From Octopus sinensis (Eukaryota), in contig NC_043006.1 of NCBI RefSeq assembly GCF_006345805.1, positions 20,088,001 through 20,152,000 of the forward strand: DNA of 64,000 nucleotides, given 5' to 3'. A model generated the notes under the pieces. It worked only from the letters and a program-made list of their open reading frames with translations, did no database searches and was not told the origin of the DNA. Both the position numbers and the translations under genes were made by a program. Position 1 is the first letter of the stretch. Every line of letters starts with the position of its first letter. Below, piece after piece: positions 58,936 to 64,000 of the stretch.

Positions 58936-59280
58936 GTGGAGGCGCAATGGTCCAATGGTTAGGGCAGCGGACTCACGGTTTCGATTCCCAGACCGGGCGT
59001 TGTGTGTGTTTATTGAGTGAAAACACCTAAAGCTCCATGAGGCTCCGGCAGGGGGTGGTGGTGACCCCTGTTGTACTCTTTCGCCCCAGCTTTCTCTCAC
59101 TCTTTCTTCCTGTTTCTTGTCCCCGACTTCCTACGCAACCGCTGAGCCTGGATGCGCATTCATCCATCCGTCGATGCTCTTGGTGTCGGGGGTTGACCTG
59201 CTTTCTCTTCTGCGGGTCTTACGAATAGCAAAGGACCATGTTTCGGACTTCTCCCAAGAGGATGAAGACCACTTCACTCA
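58936..59280 (+). mobile_element. SINE family B2
   Basis: Same alternative tail as 27692; approximate TSD cagcagctggcacaa/caacagctgacacaa. Confidence 0.85.
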
Positions 59281-59511
59281 ACAGCAACAGCTGACACAAT
59301 TTCTTCAAGTGCAGATCCATGGTCTCTCGAGACCAACAAAAGTCTACTATATACATATATACATGCACACACACATCTACTATATAGATGTGAATGTATG
59401 TGGTTTTGTATATTAATTTAGCCTTGTAAAGCTCTGAAACCGTGCATGCATCCTCAAGAAAAATTAATTTGACTTTTAAAATCTTCACCCTAAAGAGGGT
59501 GTTGTCCATAA

Positions 59512-59807
59512 TCTTTATATATAAAACTGAAGTTGTGTGAGAGTCTGTCTCCTCCGATTTAGATTCCTAACTACTCCCACATTTTGCGGTGCAGTTTAAC
59601 CAAAAGCGGGTATCTTATAGTCAGGATTCATCTTGAGCCCTTCTGGGTATTAGTGCGCGTCTACGATGAGTCTACGATTTAAAAAAAAAATTTACCATCA
59701 TTTTTTTCCCATTTTTTGCTCGGTTTATATAACGGAAGTAACTCTCTAAAAATGCTTATATAGTTATTTCCCTTACAAACCCGAGCAACGCTGGGCGATT
59801 CTGCTAG
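59512..59807 (+). mobile_element. Non-autonomous Helitron (short variant)
   Basis: A/TC start, hairpin plus CTAG/T end. Confidence 0.87.
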
Positions 59808-60651
59808 TTAATAATAAAATTATATAATTTTCTACAAGAAGTTCTATAGGTCTTTTTTGCTAAACTGCTAAGTTATGGAGACATAGACACACCAACACCA
59901 TTATTTTACACAAACACACACTATACATACATACATATAGTGTGTGATAGATTATATAGAATAATACATGTCTGGTTAGTTTTAATAAACTCTGTGTAGT
60001 GTCATGTAGCACAGTGAAAATTCAGAAGAAATAGACCTCAAAATTGAAACCAATTTGGTTTTCGAGTGAATGAATGATCAGCCAATAAGTATCTCTTCAG
60101 TTGACAATTCACTGTAACAAGAGAAACATTTGATGTGGTTGATTGGTTCTTCTTCAGAAATTATTACTAGTCTCTTGGTGGTCTTAATGATGGTAAAAGG
60201 TTAAATGAAGGACACAACTTTTACATTATCTAAATTGTATTTAGTAAGCGAGGTCAATCATCCAAATTAAAATTAAATTATGATTGGTTTTGCTTTCAAA
60301 GTTAAATGTCACATGAGCTGAGGTCATGATGACCTTCACAGGCAAAATGACTGTCAGCAATTTTAGAGAATGGGAAAAGCTGGCTAATTTCTTGAGTGTG
60401 CATGTGTATGGGGTGGGGATGAATGATGTAGAACAAAATACATGAAGAGCAGCTACATGGTTATTGAATTTGTGTCAACTGACCATAGTCCATTCTCAGC
60501 TATAGTGTTCTAAATTCAGACGAAATTGAAGGCTACTCAAGTAGTGATATGAAAACATTTCAGTAATAATAATTTTTACAAGTGCAGGTGTGGCTATGGT
60601 GTAAGAATCTTGCATCCCAATAATATGGTAGACAGGAACTGAAAGAAACTC

Positions 60652-60733
60652 ATGAGTGTGTGCATGTGTGTGTGTGAAACTGTGAGTATGTATGTGTGAG
60701 AAACTGTGAATGTGTATGTGTGAGAAACTGTGA

Positions 60734-60765
<32 letters not shown>

Positions 60766-60840
60766 GAGTGTGTATGTGTGAGAAACTGTGAATGTGTATG
60801 TGTGAGAAACTGTGAGTGTGTGTGTGTGTGTGTGTGTGCA
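60652..60840. repeat. (TG)-rich minisatellite (gaaactgtgagtgtg... units)
   Basis: Direct reading. Confidence 0.85.
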
Positions 60841-61879
60841 TTTGTTTCCCACCATCAAACAACTGGTGTTGATTTGTATACATCTCCCATAACTTAGTGG
60901 TTCAGCAAAAGAGACCAATAGAATAAGCAACCACTTAAAAAGTAAGTATTGGGAGTCAATTCATTAATCTTCAAAACTCTTCAAAGAAGAGCCCCAGTAT
61001 AAGGTTGTAGTCCAGTGACTGAAACAAGTAAAAGATTAAAAAATATACATCCACAGATACACAGTGTTATTGTGGCAGAGGCAGGCTAAGTAGACTCAAG
61101 TGGTGCTGGACAACTTTGTGGTGTTGACATTCAGTATAATTTGGTCATAGTAGACTTAAGAGAGCAGCATCCAGAATATTATATGCTTGTAGAAATAAGG
61201 ATATCATCATCATCATTTAACATCCATGCTGGCATGGGTCGGACAGTTTGACCAGAGCTGGATAGCTAGAGAGCTGCACCAGGATCCAGTCTGATTTGAC
61301 GTGGTTTCTATAGCTAGACACTCTGCCTAATGCCAACCACCTTACAGAGTGTGCTGGGTGCTTTTACGTGGCATCTCATAGGTGCTTTTATGTAACACCA
61401 CCCGGGTACTTTTACGTAGCATCGCCACAAACGCTTTTTATGTATATGGAGCAATCTGTGTACAGAAGTTAAAATCCATTGCAAACTTTTTTTAGTTTTA
61501 ATTTTAATGAACTCAATCCACATTTCAGTCAGTATTGGGTAGCAAGTCTTTCTGGAAAAGTTAACCCAAGAAAGAACACGGTTCTACACTGTCTCAGTTC
61601 ATCTAGCTGTCAATAAAAGGTACCAGATTATCTGGGAATATTAAATGTAATAGAAAGGTGGCAAGCTGGCAAAATTATTAGCACACCAGGCAAAATGCTT
61701 AGTGGTATTTTGTCTGTCTTCATGTTCTGAGTTCAAATTCTGCTGAAGTTGACTTTCCCTTCCATCCTTTTGGGAGTCAGTACCAGTTGAGTACTGGGGT
61801 TGATGTAACTAACTTGCCCACCACCCACTGAAATTGCTGGCCTTGTACCAAAATTTGAAACCTGGCATCCGTTGCTAGT

Positions 61880-62290
61880 GGAGCGCTAAGAGTACCATAC
61901 GAGTGAGATCGTTGCCAGAGCAACAAGCTGGCCTTCGTGCCGATGGCACGTTAGGCACACCATTCGAGCGTGATCGTTACCGCATCGCCTTACTAGCACT
62001 TGTGCTGGTGGCACGTGAAACATTCGAGCGAGGTCGTCACCAGTGCCGCTGGACTGGCTCCTGTGCAGGTGGCACATAAAAAGCACCATTTGGGCGTGGC
62101 CGTTGCCAGTACCACCAAACTGGCCCTCGTGCCGGTGGCACGTAAAAGCACCCACTACACTCTCAGAGTGGTTGGCGTTAGGAAGGGCATCCAGCTGTAG
62201 AAACACTGCCAGATCAGATTGGAGTCTTGTTTGCCAGACCTCAGTCAAATCGTCCAACCCATGCTAGCATGGAAAGCAGTCGTTAAATTA
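61880..62290 (+). mobile_element. RTE 3'UTR and tail
   Basis: Same subfamily as 26243-26624. Confidence 0.85.
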
Positions 62291-62309
62291 TGAATATTAT
62301 TTGTAATAG

Positions 62310-62620
62310 ACCAACATTCTGCTTTGTCTTGGTTCGCTAAGCTGTCAGTAATAGTTATCAAATCACCTGGGAATGTTACCTGTGATAGAGCAACACTCTA
62401 CACTGACTCAGTTCACCTAATTGCCAGTAATAAGTACCAGTTCATCTGGGATTGCTGCCTGAGATAGATCAACATTTTACAGTCTTAGTCTTAGTCGTCA
62501 GTAATAGGTAACAAACCTCCATCTGGGAATACTACCTGTGACTGACCAAAAGCCCCTGTTGTTTCAGTGCACCTAGCTGTCACAAATAGGTACCACATCA
62601 TTTGGGAATGTTACCTAATA
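62310..62620. repeat. Degenerate ~78-bp tandem repeat, 4 copies
   Basis: gaccaacattct...tcagt...ctgggaatgttacctgtga units; also at about 15345-15500 and 61580-61650. Confidence 0.7.
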
Positions 62621-62790
62621 CAAACTGGTGTCTTATCCAGAGAAAGATTTATTTGCAGACCCAAATAATTGAAGTTGAGCATTGGCCCTTAAAATTTCCT
62701 CAGGACTTGAATTAGGAAAACATTTACATTTTTTAATCTACAACAATCAGTAAAGAAGATTATAAAAGACTTTATCTGGATCTAAGTTAA

Positions 62791-63010
62791 CCCTTTAGTG
62801 TTCAGATTATTCTGTCAAATGTGATGTTTGTTTATTTAAAATGGTTTGAATTAATCCTGCATTATCTTATAGTTTAGAGATTTCAGTGATGTGATTTTTT
62901 AGTTTTAGAATGACATGGTAGGGCTGAGGTGAGAGGCGAGATCTGGTCAGTTTCAATATAAAACAGGTTAAGTATTTTGGCCGGATATGGCCGGTTTGAA
63001 TGCTAAAGGG
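62791..63010 (-). mobile_element. piggyBac-like MITE PB2 (220 bp)
   Basis: TTAA/CCC...GGG/TTAA. Confidence 0.87.
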
Positions 63011-63293
63011 TTAAACACAGATCTACAACATTGAGTATGCGAGTTGGAGGGTGTGGCTGCATTGCAAATGGGTAGACCCAATTATCTCTAGTTAAACTTT
63101 GCTATGATGGAAACAAAATTGATTTTCATTACATATCAATTATAGGCCAATATTTTAATTATCACTGGATAACATCAAATAAAATCAATTGCTTGAGATT
63201 TCACAACTGGTTATAAATCAATGACAGTTTAGGATTTATGATTGCAAAAATATAGGGTTGTAATGGACATTATCTATATAATTGAAGTAATCT

Positions 63294-63676
63294 GTGGAGG
63301 CGCAATGGCCCAGTGGTTAGGGCAGCGGACTCGCGGTCGTAGGATTGCTGTTTCAATTCCCAGACCGGGCGTTGTGAGTGTTTTTTGAGCGAAAACACCT
63401 AAAGCTCCACGAGGCTCCGGCAGGGGATGGTGGTGATCCCTGCTGTACTCTTTCACCACAACTTTCTCTCACTCTTTCTTCCTGATTCTGTTGTACCTGT
63501 ATTTCAAGGGGCCGGCCTTGTCACTCTCTGTGTCACGCTGAATATCCCCGAGAACTACGTTAAGGGTACACATGTCTGTGGAGTGCTCAGCCACTTACAC
63601 GTTAATTTCACGAGGAGGCTGTTCCGTTGATCGGATCAACCGGAACCCTCGTCGTCATAACCGACGGAGTGCTTCC
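63294..63676 (+). mobile_element. SINE family B1
   Basis: TSD aattgaa(g/a)taatct. Confidence 0.92.
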
Positions 63677-63884
63677 AATTGAAATAATCTCTATAGTATC
63701 AGTCTTATCATTCTTTTGTTTAACATCTGTTTTTCCATGCAAGCATGGGTTAGAGGGACGCTTATTTGAGGCAACCATTTATAGACAGATGCCCTTCCTG
63801 TAGCCAAACCATACCTGTTTTTCAAGCAAGGGATTTTTTTTGTTGTTGTTGCTTTATTGGTCTTGGAAAGAGCAGATATACAGA

Positions 63885-63995
63885 ATGTAATGTCAACTCA
63901 GTGTTTTCAAAGTTCCAGAACTCCAGATTTTTATGTTACTGGAATAAACAATCTTGTAACTCATTGGTAAAAATGTGTTGATTTGAAAAGGAAAA
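63885..63995 (+). mobile_element. mariner transposase C-terminal relic
   Basis: SRTPDFYVTGINNLVTHW*KCVD. Confidence 0.65.
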
Positions 63996-64000
63996 TAAGG

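Noticed and set aside
56212-64000. First TRMT13 exon (N-terminal zinc finger) or promoter
   Set aside because: No C..KKR.C...FCGEH-like exon was found on the minus strand; it presumably lies beyond the window.

Overview
AT-rich, repeat-dense eukaryotic DNA. The SINE, RTE, Helitron and (TA)n landscape looks like an octopod cephalopod genome (inference from repeat style, no database search). The main gene is a split TRMT13/TRM13 tRNA:m4X 2'-O-methyltransferase on the minus strand. I assembled 13 coding exons by hand (56211 down to the stop at 13943). All have GT-AG ends and compatible phases, giving 1248 nt or 415 aa. The CHHC zinc finger, VELGAGKG, KHLCGAGTD, CCHHRC and the C-terminal IDYGRLLYL...PENIVL motifs are intact. 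The N-terminal exon(s) were not found and probably lie beyond base 64000. A convergent plus-strand terminal exon (3744-3965, LURAP/FAM167-like coiled coil, tentative) lies near the left end. Most other sequence is transposon-derived: three tRNA-head SINE families, RTE LINEs (one family with a PHD finger inside ORF2), CR1 3' ends, non-autonomous Helitrons, piggyBac-, hAT-, Tc1/mariner- and Merlin-like MITEs, a Tigger relic and Penelope-like fragments. The most notable observations are a 51-bp x24 satellite born inside one arm of a palindromic MITE, a minimal hammerhead-like motif in the sense of the host intron, an 812-bp foldback element with telomere-like repeats, two local template-switch inverted duplications and a twin-primed RTE insertion. 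Repeat boundaries are read by eye and approximate unless a target-site duplication (TSD) is quoted. Most long ORFs in the supplied track are repeat artefacts.
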